A stretch of 63,977 bases of DNA, counting the filler, from Octopus bimaculoides (taxonomy: Eukaryota): the NCBI RefSeq assembly GCF_001194135.2. It is 11 parts of 11 records of this genome, joined end to end, with 100 filler letters (N's around TTAATTAATTAA, not from the genome) between each part and the next. Parts side by side here need not be neighbours in the genome. Positions count along the whole stretch, not along the records: positions 26,213 to 27,740 come from NC_068990.1; positions 27,841 to 47,045 come from NC_068988.1; 9 more parts are not named here. The stretch is one strand, 5' to 3'. The notes beneath the pieces were generated by a model. That model did not search any database, had not been told where the DNA came from, and saw only the letters and a program-made list of their open reading frames with translations. Both the position numbers and the translations under genes were made by a program. Within the stretch, counting starts at the first letter, position 1. Every line of letters begins with the position of its first letter. Below, piece by piece: positions 27,721 through 39,392 of the stretch.

Positions 27721-28357
27721 AGAGAGAGAGAGAGAGAGAGNNNNNNNNNNNNNNNNNNNNNNNNNNNNNNNNNNNNNNNNNNNNTTAATTAATTAANNNN
27801 NNNNNNNNNNNNNNNNNNNNNNNNNNNNNNNNNNNNNNNNCACACTGTTCAACTCACACTGCGCAGCATTACGCACGCACCAACACACACTCACTGGAAC
27901 ATGCACGCACACACACCTTCCCACTCTATCCCCACTAGCATCCAACACCTCCCGGTACCTCCCACCCCCTAACTTTCATCACCCCCACAACACGCAATAT
28001 CCACTCCCCAAAACACACAATGCACACGCACACAGCACGCATAAACACATACAACTTTCGCACATAAACATACATAATACATACGCGCACTATAGGGTCT
28101 ACACACACTTCATGCACCAGCACACACACTCACACACACATGTGCACATACCACTCGAACAAGCACACATTTACTGCTACACACAAGCGTTTGCACAGAC
28201 GCACACGCACACACAAAATAGCCTCACACACATGCTATACGCCTATACACAGCTTCACGCACATATACACGCATCCATACGCGCGCACACACACATAAAT
28301 AGAGGAATCGCATCACGCCACACGAAACACCCACTGTGTTACTTATACACACACACA

Positions 28358-28456
<99 letters not shown>

Positions 28457-28853
28457 CCATATGCACACACAGGCCCACATAATTTAAAGTTTCCCCACAC
28501 ATACATTCACACGAACTTGCTGCCATTCACACATATACACTTACACACATCATTCTTACATATACACACGCGCTTGCGTACCCTAGTTCAGCCAGGTCAA
28601 CGTTTTATCTCCGCTTCACTCAGTCGCTTTCTTCCTGTCATTTCATCATGTTGAACCGTTACTCCTCACACATTTTTCTCTCTCCGTTTTTTCCTCCCTA
28701 CCATTTTCTCTCCATTTTTTTTTTCCTTTCAACCCTTTCTGTTGAAGAACGTAGACTTCAAATGTCAAAAACTTTCCCATTCTTTCTGAGCATCAAACTA
28801 ATACACCTGCTTGTTCCCTCACCTGTCTTCGTCTTTTGTTTTCTGTAAATTTG

Positions 28854-28890
<37 letters not shown>

Positions 28891-28916
28891 CATACATACA
28901 TACATACATACATACA

Positions 28917-28947
<31 letters not shown>

Positions 28948-28986
28948 GCATATACATATGTGTGTGTGTGAGTGTGTGTGTGTGTG

Positions 28987-29881
28987 TATTGGGTCACCAG
29001 TAAATAATGCCTTTTATTATACTTCTTTTATTTTTCAAAATTAGGATAAACAAGCTGCTCAAAATAGATCTCATTTGTTATCATTTGGTTTGGGTTTAAA
29101 AGTTCAAAGTCGACTAAACCTTTCATATCCCACTAAACAGATAACACCTTAAGTAGGTGAAGACTTTCTTTAGCCTGGGGTGCCGCTGTTTCTCCTTTCC
29201 CTACCCACTGTTTTCGGCGCTTGACATTTTATAGGGAACCCATTTCTCCTCACCAGTCACTATTCGGTCTAAAAAAAAAGTTCATTCGTGAGACGTGACA
29301 GCAAAGAAGACCACACCTTCACTCTCTGCGCACGATTAGACTCGGAACGTTTGTGAGGAACCTATGGATCCAATTTTTCTGACTATTCCGATGACACGCA
29401 GGTGTCGATGAATAGTTGAATGACCAAATCCAAGCTTCTTTGTTAGTTTCTCAACAGTTACGGTGAGATTTTGTTCCACCAGAGTTTGCAGGGCGTCCTC
29501 ATCGAGCTCTACAGATCTTCCAGGACGAGACTCGTCTTCTAGGTTGTAGTTTCTGACTTGGAATTTCTGGCACCACCGTTGACACTGGCTTACGTTTATT
29601 GTCCGATCCTCATATACCGCATTAATATTCCTCGCACTTTCCGTTGCGTTGTTGCCTAAGCAAAACATGTCGAATATGCTCCTTTGTCACTTCCATTATC
29701 GCTTTGAAAAAATAACAGTTAAAATCGAACTGCACTCTTCAAAACTTGCACTAAGAATAAACACAAGGTAAAATTACTACCTGCATGTATAGCAAGTTGA
29801 TGCACGTAATTTTCCAGTTCCACTTCAACTTTTAGTTCATGCAATTGAAAATAACCGCACTATTTATAGGATGACCCAATA
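28987..29881 (-). mobile_element. Internally deleted mariner (DD34D) transposon with both TIRs and TA flanks
   Basis: TA-TTGGGTCACCAGTAAATAATGC (left) versus TA-TTGGGTCATCCTATAAATAGTGC (right, reverse complement); transposase remnant inside. Confidence 0.9.
29050..29696 (-). pseudogene. Mariner transposase pseudogene (N-terminal HTH to first catalytic region)
   Basis: ATG at 29696; ATESARNINAVY...QRW.QKF...LEDESRPGR...LVEQN; DRIVTGEEKWV; WDMKGLVDFELL...YFEQL, with frameshifts and stops; C-terminal third deleted. Confidence 0.9.
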
Positions 29882-29898
29882 TATGTATNNNNNNNNNN

Positions 29899-29928
<30 letters not shown>

Positions 29929-29933
<5 letters not shown>

Positions 29934-30840
29934 TGTCTTCGGGGTAAATTTGACCAATTTTTATGTCTCCGTTTTTCAGTAACAGCTTGAGACATTGGTA
30001 AACAGTCAAAACCTTTGAAAAGCATAAAGATTTAAGTTGTAGTTGAGGAAAAGTTAGCTGATATGGAGGATAGGAAGCCATCTGAATATTGGAAAAGAGT
30101 TACCTGTATCATGATGATACGGGTCGGGTATCAAAATGCCGACATCATGAAGTGAAAACTGCACAATACTCCGTGAGCATTGTAAAGGTTGTAAGACGTG
30201 AAATGGATAACTGCAAAGGAGATTACGAAACTGTGACCAGCCAAAACGGACACACCGGGTGTTCTTATTGAGTCTGCACGCCGGAATTCATCCAACAACT
30301 GATGAACAGGGTCTCGGGCTTAATACAGACGGCAATGTGAAACTGCTGGAGACTGTGGTCAAAATCTGGGTGGAGAAAATTGCTGCTGGAAGTCCATATG
30401 TATTACAGTGTGATTCGGCTTCTTGTCATACCTTCGGATAGAGTCAGAAGTGGTTGCCAGAGGATTCGAACGATTTCACTAGTCCCAATTTCTAGCCAGC
30501 GAGTTCCTCCAATCGTAATCCCATAGTTTACTATGTGTGTGGCGCAGTTGAGAAAGACATCAACATCTCTACCTAGTTGGTGACCAAGGTCAAGGAGATG
30601 TTCGGGGATCTTCCTTGGGATACAGTGCAGAACGCATGTGCCTGGTTCTGGAGCCGTCTTAAGGCGGTGGTGGAAGCTGAGGGCAGTTACTTTGAGTAAA
30701 CTGTTATCTTCTAGCCAAGATCAAGGAGGTGTTTGGGGACTTTCCATGGGACATAGTGAGGAACGTATGCTCAAAGTTCCAGATCATTTCAAATCATCTG
30801 GACGCAGAGATGTGACCAAACTCCCGCTATCACACTCCTA
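29929..30840 (+). mobile_element. Decayed Tc1/mariner-superfamily transposon, maT/DD37D-like
   Basis: TA-CAGTG start; remnants LLETVVKIWVEKIAAGSPYVLQCDSASCHT (QQDSAP.H), a decayed SSPDLNP.DYYVWG motif, and VVEAEGSYFE* terminus. Confidence 0.75.
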
Positions 30841-31339
30841 AAATGATAAAATCTTCGAATCATAATCAGTTTATACGGTTTCGAATATCAAATTAATGCT
30901 GTTTCTGTTCCTGATGCAAAAGTTTGAAGAGCGAAGTACAAGAATCTCGTAGCACAACCTAGATTTTGCCATTTCTCGTTTGTATGTCAACGATCGTAGA
31001 AAATACTTCCAATAATTTTACATAAACATTCACACAAGCAAACGAGCGTGCACGCACACACACACAATAATACATACATACATACATACATACATGTTTG
31101 CATGCATGCATACATATATATCATCTCAACAGACTCTGTTGAGATGATTTGGAAACATAACATCTAATAACCACTCCTCTGATGAGATTTTTCCCAATAC
31201 AATGATTTAATTACTGGAATTTAATCTTTGGGCAAAATCAAAAGAGCTGAAAGAGAATATGTTGAATTTTTGCAGTTAATAAATTATATTAACGCCATAT
31301 CTCCATTTCCTAAATTTCAATTCTATCTATCTATCTATC

Positions 31340-31539
31340 TTCTTTTATTTATTTATTTGTTTCAGTCATTTGACTGTGACCATGCTGGGGCACCGCTTTT
31401 GGTCGAACAAATCGACACCAGGATTTATTCTTTGTAAGCCTAATATTTATTCTATAGTTACTTTGGCCGAACCGCTAAGCTACGGAGACGTAAACACACC
31501 AACATCCGTTGCCAAGCGATGTTGGGTGGATAAACACAG

Positions 31540-31571
<32 letters not shown>

Positions 31572-31752
31572 TTATATATATATATATACGATGGGTTTCT
31601 TTCAGTTTCCGTGTACCAAATCCACTCACAAGGCTTTGATTGACCCGAGGCTATAATAAAAGACACTTGCCAAATATGTTATGCAGTGGGACTGAACCTG
31701 AAACCATGTGGCTGGTAAGCAAGCAACTTACCACACAGCCACTCCTGCGCCT
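31340..31752 (-). mobile_element. tRNA-derived SINE (family A), full length with internal (TA)n/(GT)n
   Basis: Head at 31590-31752, internal microsatellite 31540-31590, tail CGCTTGGCAACGGATGTTGG...CAGCATGGTCACAGTCAAATGACTGAAAC. Confidence 0.85.
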
Positions 31753-32012
31753 ATACATACATACACACAAATATACATATTTAGAGGCAGACTCACATAC
31801 ACACAAACATTTCTTTTTCATTTCATAACTTACAAAGCAAGTTGATTACAGGTTTACTCTAGCCAACTAATGCAACACTGCCTACTGGTTCTTTGGCTCA
31901 CAACGATTCTTGTATATTTCGCTGTTTAACGACAACGAAATACATATGCTCATACATATTTCATAACCACACCGACTCACATGATTGTCTTTACGTATGT
32001 ATGTGTGTGTGT

Positions 32013-32061
<49 letters not shown>

Positions 32062-32257
32062 TGTCTGTCTTCGTAGGAGGCAGTAAGANNNNNNNNNNTA
32101 GGAGGCAGTAAGAATTTTGGATAATTCTTTATTATTAGCGCTTTTCAAGATAAGAATTAAAATCAAAATGATTACGATGAAAACAGAGCGTTTCCTTTCT
32201 CCTGTTATGTGACATTTTTAGTAAAGAAGGGGGAAAAAGATAAATAGATAGATAGAC

Positions 32258-32294
<37 letters not shown>

Positions 32295-32330
32295 CAGAGA
32301 GAGAGAAGGGGGAGGGAGAGATTGAGGTTT

Positions 32331-35300
32331 CTTTTCAATTACATTGCTTGTTTTGGAGACAAAAGAGGAAGAAGAAAAAATCACGTTACTAACATTGGAA
32401 CTACATTAGAAATAACAGTAAGAGTATAAATGCTGCCTCTTCATCCATCATCATAACTGTTAAGAAAAATAATAAAATGACCTTGAAGAAGCTCTGTTGA
32501 TGGACACCAAAACATACATTGATGTCTCTTTCAAATCCTTTTAACAAAATGCAGTTCCCTGATTCTCTTTCAAATATTTAATTTTAGAGAGAATTTTTTG
32601 ATGAAGTGTAGCTCCATTGCTTTTCGGAACTCTGGGTCATCTCTGGAACATTTGTAAAAGGGGAATATTTTGAATTTTCCTTCACCACATATTTCTAGAT
32701 GCTTGCTCAGCAGAATCGTGCGTATTTTCTCTTGTCTGATGTGTTGTCTGTGGATTCTTGCACGTTCGCTAAGGGAATTGTTTGTTTCGCCAGTATTATA
32801 CTCCTTGCAGCTGGAATAAGTAATGATGGAACAAGATTCTGTGTTTTGCAGTTCATATCTACATTTATTTTGAAAGAGAATCCGCTCTTGAATGTAAGAA
32901 TCACTTTCTTAAATATTTGAAGCTGTTGTTGTTGCATGTTCCACATCTGATGTCTCCACATCTGATGTCTCCACATCTGATGTCTCCACATCTGATGTCT
33001 CCACATTCTTTTACGGAGAATTCTGATTCATTCACTGATGTGAATTATGCCCTTGTGAGGTGTTTTTGAGATTTTTTGGCTGGCGTCTACTATTTCGTAA
33101 GAGGTTTTCATCAATCAGATTTTTCATTTCGGGGCTTTGTGGAAGTATTAGAAACTTTGATTTTATAATGTGAAAAATGTTGGTTACCCCAAGATTGTGG
33201 GTATTGATAAATAAAATCGTGTGTTCATTAGTTTTTTCTTTTGGTGTTCTTAGTTGTGTGATGTCTAATTTCATTATTTTTTGATTCCATCGTTTATTAA
33301 AAGCGTATTTCTGTATTGTTAGGAAGCTTATTTTGGTGTCAGTCACTATAGTACAGATACGTCTTGCCATACTGTGTGGGATGTTCCTTTTGATATGTGA
33401 GGGATGGCAAGAGTAGAAATTCAAATATTGCTGCGTGTCTGTTTCTTTTTTTCCTTTTTTTTTTTTTTTTTNNNNNNNNNNTTTTTTTTTTTTTTTTGTA
33501 AAATATGTCAGTTGTGACTTTGGAGTTCTGTATTTTTATGTGGATATCCAGGAATGGTAGTCCATTGCAACTGGATTCTGTCATGAATTTGATAGATAGG
33601 TGAAGAGTATTAAGTATGTCATTAAATATTAGTAGGTCCTCATTTAATCTCTCTCAAAAGATGAAACAGTCATCGAGGAAGTGTTTCTACTTTTTAATGA
33701 CGTATTTCTTGCAATTATGATTAAAAATTCTCTCTTCCTCCTCGTAAAGCTTTTCTTCTAAATACTCCATGACTCGGTTAGCATATGAGGGTACAAACCT
33801 CGCCCCCATAGCCGTGCTCTTTGTCGATGTTTTATTATCGAATTTAAAGGTGTTTTCTTCTTGTACCAGGCGTGTGGCCTTGGTAATGAATTCCGTTTTG
33901 AAGCGTTCGTCTGTCCGCCCTCTATGCTTTTCTATCCAGTGTTTGATTGCTTCCATGCCCAATGTGTGAGGTATATTGGTATACAGATTGGTGACGCCAA
34001 ATCTTTTAAGTATTGTACCTTCTGGGACAGTGGGTAGAATGTGCTGGAGGAAATCCATGTCATCCGTATATAACTGGCTATTAATGGGCATAGAGGTTTG
34101 AGGAGTATAGCCAAGAGATAACTCAATTCTTGTGTAGGGGCTTGAAGTCCAGAAACTATTGGTCTCAATATGAGGTCAGTAGGTCTTAGTATTTTTATGT
34201 ATTGGTTCCTCTGTTCATTTATGGCTCTCTGTATTTCGATGCTTTTGTGGACCTTGAATAAACCGTAGAAATCATTTATTGCATAAATAATCTTTCTCCT
34301 CCTCTGTGACAGAATCGTCGTATTCATTAATTAGTGTTTTGATCTTATTCACTATTGCTTTTTCCAGGTGTCTTAATTCTGCCTTATAGTAAGTTTGGTC
34401 TGTTAGAATTTCCAATATTTTATCTTTATTGTAGTCTTTTTCCATAATTAATATCGCTCCTCCTTTATCAGCTTCTTTTAGGATGACTGGATTGTCATTA
34501 TTCAGTATTAATAAGGCTTCCTTTTCTTCTTCACGAAAGTTGTTTCCATTTACGGGTACTTAGGGGAAATTTCGATATTGTCTCTATATATGAGTCTAAA
34601 CTTTTGTCATTCCCCTTGTCGGTGATGAAGTGGGATTTATTTCTGACAATTGATTCGTCACTTATATTCTTATTGCCAAAGAATTCTATAAGTCGGAGGT
34701 GACGGTTAATATTCTCAATATCAGTTTATAGTTCAATGAGATTAGGGGTGGGTGTCGGGGTAAATTTGAAACCTTTCAATAGGAGATTCATCTCATTCTT
34801 GTTAAGGTTTCTATTTTACAAATTTACGATCTTAGGGTCTATATGTTCTGTGTGCTCATTAAAAGTTTCTGTTACGTCGGGTCTGGTGCGCGAGTGTAGT
34901 ATTTTCTCCCTAAAAAAGGAATTGTGTTATTGTGTTTTCATTTTCCGTTTCCGTGGTTCTAGTTCCATCGTAGGTGAGAGGATGGTTCATGTTCATTGTA
35001 CATATTTCGTTGTCTATAGGTTCTGTTTTCTTCTTTGTATGCTGGACCATTTAAGATGTTTGGGGTTGTTGGTCGTAAATCGTGGGTTTCTTGAGATTCC
35101 ATGATGTTTATTTATATTATGGTTTTTGTATCTTGCTGCACAAATTCATAAACGTAAGTTTTCTGTATTGTCTGTACTTTATTTGTCTTTTGTTCCTTGT
35201 ATTCATCCACCTAGGGCATTTGGTATTATAGGCTAACGGTTGTCTGTATGTTACTTGTCTTCCTGTCTTGTTCCACATGTATTCATCTATCTAGTGTATT

Positions 35301-35712
35301 TGGTATTATGGGGTGATGGTTGTCTTCTATATTCTAGAAATATGCAATGAAGGAAAATTCAAAATATTCCCCTTTTACAAATGTTCAAAAGATGACCCAG
35401 AGTTCCGAAAAGCAATGGTGCTATACTTCATCAAAAACTTCTCTCCCAAATTAAATATTTGAAAGAGAAGCAGGAGAACTACATTTTGTCAAACGATTTG
35501 GAAAGAGACACCAATGTATGCTAGAGGGTTTTGGTGTCCATCAAGAGAGCTTCTTCAAGGTCATTTTATTTTTTTTTTTAAGAGTTATGATGATGGATGA
35601 AGAGGAAGCATCTATACTATTACTGTTATTTCTGAATGTAGTTCCAATGTTAATAACGTGTTTTTTTCTTCTTCCTATCTTGTCTCTAAAATAAACAATG
35701 TAATTGAAAAGA
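32331..35712 (-). mobile_element. Penelope-like retroelement (Neptune-type), near full length, with inverted terminal repeats
   Basis: RT and GIY-YIG pseudo-ORF; 32331-32699 is an inverted copy of 35333-35712. Confidence 0.92.
32570..35102 (-). pseudogene. PLE reverse transcriptase/GIY-YIG endonuclease pseudogene
   Basis: Motifs read on the minus strand: LLLKGFKFTPTP; ILKEADKGGAILIM; FYGLFKVHK; LRPIVSG; FGVTNLYTNIPH; TAMG; FLDDCFIF; LPFLDI; SCHPSHIKRNIPHS.ARRI; RQPKNLK; CGDIRCGTC; NLV..IT..SCKEYNTGET; ERARIHRQH; FRKAMELHFIKKFSLKLNI*. Multiple stops and frameshifts. Confidence 0.92.
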
Positions 35713-35713
35713 G

Positions 35714-35748
<35 letters not shown>

Positions 35749-36313
35749 NNNNNNNNNNNNNNNNNNNNNNNNNNNNNNNNNNNNNNNNNNNNNNNNNNNN
35801 NNNNNNNNNNNNNNNNNNNNNNNNNNNNNNNNNNNNNNNNNNNNNNNNNNNNNNNNNNNNNNNNNNNNNNNNNNNNNNNNNNNNNNNNNNNNNNNNNNNN
35901 NNNNNNNNNNNNNNNNNNNNNNNNNNNNNNNNNNNNNNNNNNNNNNNNNNNNNNNNNNNNNNNNNNNNNNNNNNNNNNNNNNNNNNNNNNNNNNNNNNNN
36001 NNNNNNNNNNNNNNNNNNNNNNNNNNNNNNNNNNNNNNNNNNNNNNNNNNNNNNNNNNNNNNNNNNNNNNNNNNNNNNNNNNNNNNNNNNNNNNNNNNNN
36101 NNNNNNNNNNNNNNNNNNNNNNNNNNNNNNNNNNNNNNNNNNNNNNNNNNNNNNNNNNNNNNNNNNNNNNNNNNNNNNNNNNNNNNNNNNNNNNNNNNNN
36201 NNNNNNNNNNNNNNNNNNNNNNNNNNNNNNNNNNNNNNNNNNNNNNNNNNNNNNNNNNNNNNNNNNNNNNNNNNNNNNNNNNNNNNNNNNNNNNNNNNNN
36301 NNNNNNNNNNNNN

Positions 36314-36367
<54 letters not shown>

Positions 36368-36988
36368 ACACATCTACATGCACACAGACACAGGTGCACG
36401 ATGGGCTTTCACCGATTTTCCGCGTTCCAAATTCTTCTCGCCCAAACTCAGATTGTACTGGATAGTACCGCTCGCATGCATCCCAATTTACCAGGTTGAG
36501 AAATTGAATATGGAACTGGAAAACCGTCTGGTTATTTGATATTTGTCTGTGATGCTGGTTATATTTTCATCGACGCAATCGTATATAAAATCTCACCTTA
36601 ATTCGAGCATGCACACGTCTTCATTTTCCATGACTTCAAGCATCACTTTTGTGTCGTCTACATAGCAGCTGAGTCTGACCTATTTTCCATATCAACAACG
36701 TATTGAAGAACATAAGGAGGCCAAAATGACACCAACCTATTCACTTTTGTCATTGAGTATATCAGAGACCAATATTTTCTTGTTGTTTCAGTTTTCTATG
36801 GTACGCTCATTCATATATACACATACGAAGAAACCATTTAGTGGGGTTGCTTTGCTTTATTTGCTAGAAATAACAGCCAAATCTACCCATATCATTCCAT
36901 TCCATCTTAGAAATTAAATTCCAATATGTGCCCCTGTGTTCCTTACGCATAGTAAAAGGTGAGAGGGTCACTACAACAACAACAACAT

Positions 36989-37019
<31 letters not shown>

Positions 37020-37149
37020 ATTTAATGTTTACCAAGACATATGTAATTTTATTTTCAATAGTGTGTGACAGTCAGCAGAGTGTTTATATTCGTTTTACTC
37101 TAAGAACTGAAACAAAAGACACCGAACCGAGAAAAGCATTTAGGTAGTC

Positions 37150-37335
37150 GCTCAGTCTATTAGAAATAACAGTCAAATTTATCCCAACTTACACCCTACC
37201 ATCTTAGAAAAGATACGTTAGCTTTTATGGTCCTGCGTTTACAGTACCATGGAAAAAGAAACAAGATGGTCATGAATGGAATGGTTTTGATCATAGGTTT
37301 GTTTAATCAGGGTTGACTTGGGGCTAAGCAATGAC
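37150..37335 (-). mobile_element. Dispersed monomer of the repeat tandemised at 21.6-22.4 kb
   Basis: AAACAAGATGGTCATG...TTTGATCATAGGTTTG...AATCAGGGTTGACTTGGGGCTAAGC is the reverse complement of the array unit; preceded by a TAGAAATAACAGTCAAAT segment. Confidence 0.65.
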
Positions 37336-37340
37336 ATTAA

Positions 37341-37388
<48 letters not shown>

Positions 37389-37744
37389 TCTCTTTCTCTC
37401 TCTGTCCTTTCTCTCCCGCACACACACCCAAACACACGCTATCCCCAATATCGGTTTGGAGCAGTAGAAGTATTAAAGCATACAGTGTAAGATATTGTGT
37501 CTGTGTGTCTGGCAATCTACTGTGTATGCCTGTCGTTCTGTGTATGAGCATGTAAGTCCACTGTCTTTGTATATCAGTCCACTATGTAGATGTGTACGTG
37601 TGTGTATGCATTTAACTTTCCACTGTGTATATGGGTTCTTGTGTCTATGTCTGTGATTCCGCTGTCTATATCATTGCACTGTATATGATCGTGTATATTT
37701 ATCTGAATGTCTGTGACTCCAGTGTGTGTGTGTATGTGTATGTG

Positions 37745-37935
37745 TGTGTGCGTGTGATTCCTCTTCTGATGTATGTGAGTCTTGTGTGTGTGTGTGTGTG
37801 TGTGTGCGTGTTTGTGTGTGTGATTCCTCTTCTGATGTATGTGAGTCTTGTGTGTGTGTGTGTGTGTGTGCGTGTTTGTGTGTGTGATTCCTCTTCTGAT
37901 GTATGTGAGTCTTGTGTGTGTGTGTGTGTGTGCGT
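37745..37935 (+). repeat. ~64-bp minisatellite, 3 units with embedded (GT)n
   Basis: GTGATTCCTCTTCTGATGTATGTGAGTCTT(GT)n...GCGTGTTT repeated three times. Confidence 0.9.
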
Positions 37936-38157
37936 GTGTGTTTCTATCTGTGTCTGTGTGTCACTGTGTATGTCGTTGTACGTGATTTTCTTCTCTGCCT
38001 GTGTATCTCCAAGTTCTTCACCACCACCCCAGCGCTCTTCCAGTAATAGAATGGAGAGATAAAGATTTCAGTTCACTCGACACCAATCCAATTTTTAAAA
38101 CCCAATATATAGATATAGAATCAAATGATTCGAAACTAGAATATAACTGGTACTTAC

Positions 38158-38249
38158 TAATGCCAACGGAGCAACGAAGAAGCCTCTCAACCTGCTTGAG
38201 ATAGCAAACAATTGGCACTCTAGTTCATACAATGTTGTCCTGAATGTTC
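38158..38249 (-). CDS. Candidate 92-nt exon of an unidentified host gene
   Basis: Acceptor cccttctttgcag|G and donor TTA|gtaagt; one open frame (G)TFRTTLYELECQLFAISSRLRGFFVAPLAL; no recognised homology. Confidence 0.35.
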
Positions 38250-38629
38250 CTGCAAAGAAGGGACACGATTGGAATACCTTAGATATCGAACTGATTCAAC
38301 AATAACAAGAGCAACACACGTTTGTAAATTTATCACCCACTTCTGCATACAAGCAATGGGAGGGACGGAACATGAGGTCGGTTCTTACATATTTCGACAT
38401 ACAATCAAGGGGGAAGAAAGAGTGGTGAGTCTTAAATAAGATGACTGACTAAAAACCAGTCAAGGAGGTACTCCAGTATGGTTGTAGTCCAATGACGGAA
38501 AGGAACAAAACAGTGAAGTACTGAAGAGTTGTATTACTATCTTCATTAAATGGTTTTTGTATGTTTCTACTCACAAACTTCATATTTTAGGTTTGATTTC
38601 CTACCAGGTTTGACTAAGCATATCTTTTA

Positions 38630-38975
38630 TCATTTATCTTTTACCTGTTTCAGTTATTCGACTGCAGCCATGCCGGGGCATAGCCTTAAATCGTTTTTTT
38701 TTCATTTTATAGTCGTATGAATTGACTCCAGTCCGGTACTTATTCTATTGAGCTCTTTTGCCAAACCGCCAAGTTACAGGGACGTAAAAACACCAACACC
38801 GGTTGTCAAGCGATAGAGGGGACACAGACACAGACTCGCACTTACATAAAATACGATAGACTTCTTTCAGTTTCAGTTTCCGTCCGCCAAATCCACCCAC
38901 AAATACTTGCCCAAGGTGCTACGCAGTGGTACTGAACCCGAAACCATGTGGTTGGGAAGCAAACTTCTTACCTAG
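38630..38975 (-). mobile_element. tRNA-derived SINE (family A), diverged
   Basis: Matches the head (with internal deletion) and tail of 31340-31752. Confidence 0.75.
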
Positions 38976-39010
38976 TCATTTACTGCTACTGATCCAACCA
39001 TCTGTTTTAC

Positions 39011-39109
39011 AATGTCACAGCCTGTATTTGGAATTGAAATGTTCTGTCGATGTCTCTCACTGTGTACCGCGGGTTCTGTCTACGGAATACATCAATGGTA
39101 TAAGTGTAT
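39011..39109 (-). CDS. Candidate symmetric 99-nt exon, FN3-like strand pattern
   Basis: caacag|A ... TT|gtaaaa; open frame YTYTIDVFRRQNPRYTVRDIDRTFQFQIQAVT resembles the E-F strands of fibronectin type III; the donor is weak. Confidence 0.25.
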
Positions 39110-39214
39110 CTGTTGAATAATCAGCCAATTACCTATAATTCAGTAAGGAATTCAGTTGATCGAAAAACTGAAATAACTTATCATCAGTGGAATTACTTAC
39201 TCTAAGGACTAACT

Positions 39215-39392
39215 AGCTAGAAATAGCAGCCAATTCTTCCGCAAATCATTTCCCACCACCTTATAAAAGGAAAAAGCTATTGGATTAATCTTAGGTATAC
39301 CCTATGTCTGAAAACAAGACAGGATGGTCTCTACTGGAACATCTTTGATCATAGGTGTATTCAATCAGGGCTGACTTGGGGATAAACAACAA
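39215..39392 (-). mobile_element. Dispersed monomer of the repeat tandemised at 21.6-22.4 kb
   Basis: AAGACAGGATGGTC...CTGGAACATCTTTGATCATAGGT...ATCAGGGCTGACTTGGGGATAAACAACAAC is the reverse complement of the array unit. Confidence 0.75.

Noticed and set aside
35450-35712. Expected hammerhead in the LTR of the large PLE
   Set aside because: No intact CUGANGA...GAAA on either strand; only a GACACCAA/TTGGTGTC hairpin and a TTGAAGA string.
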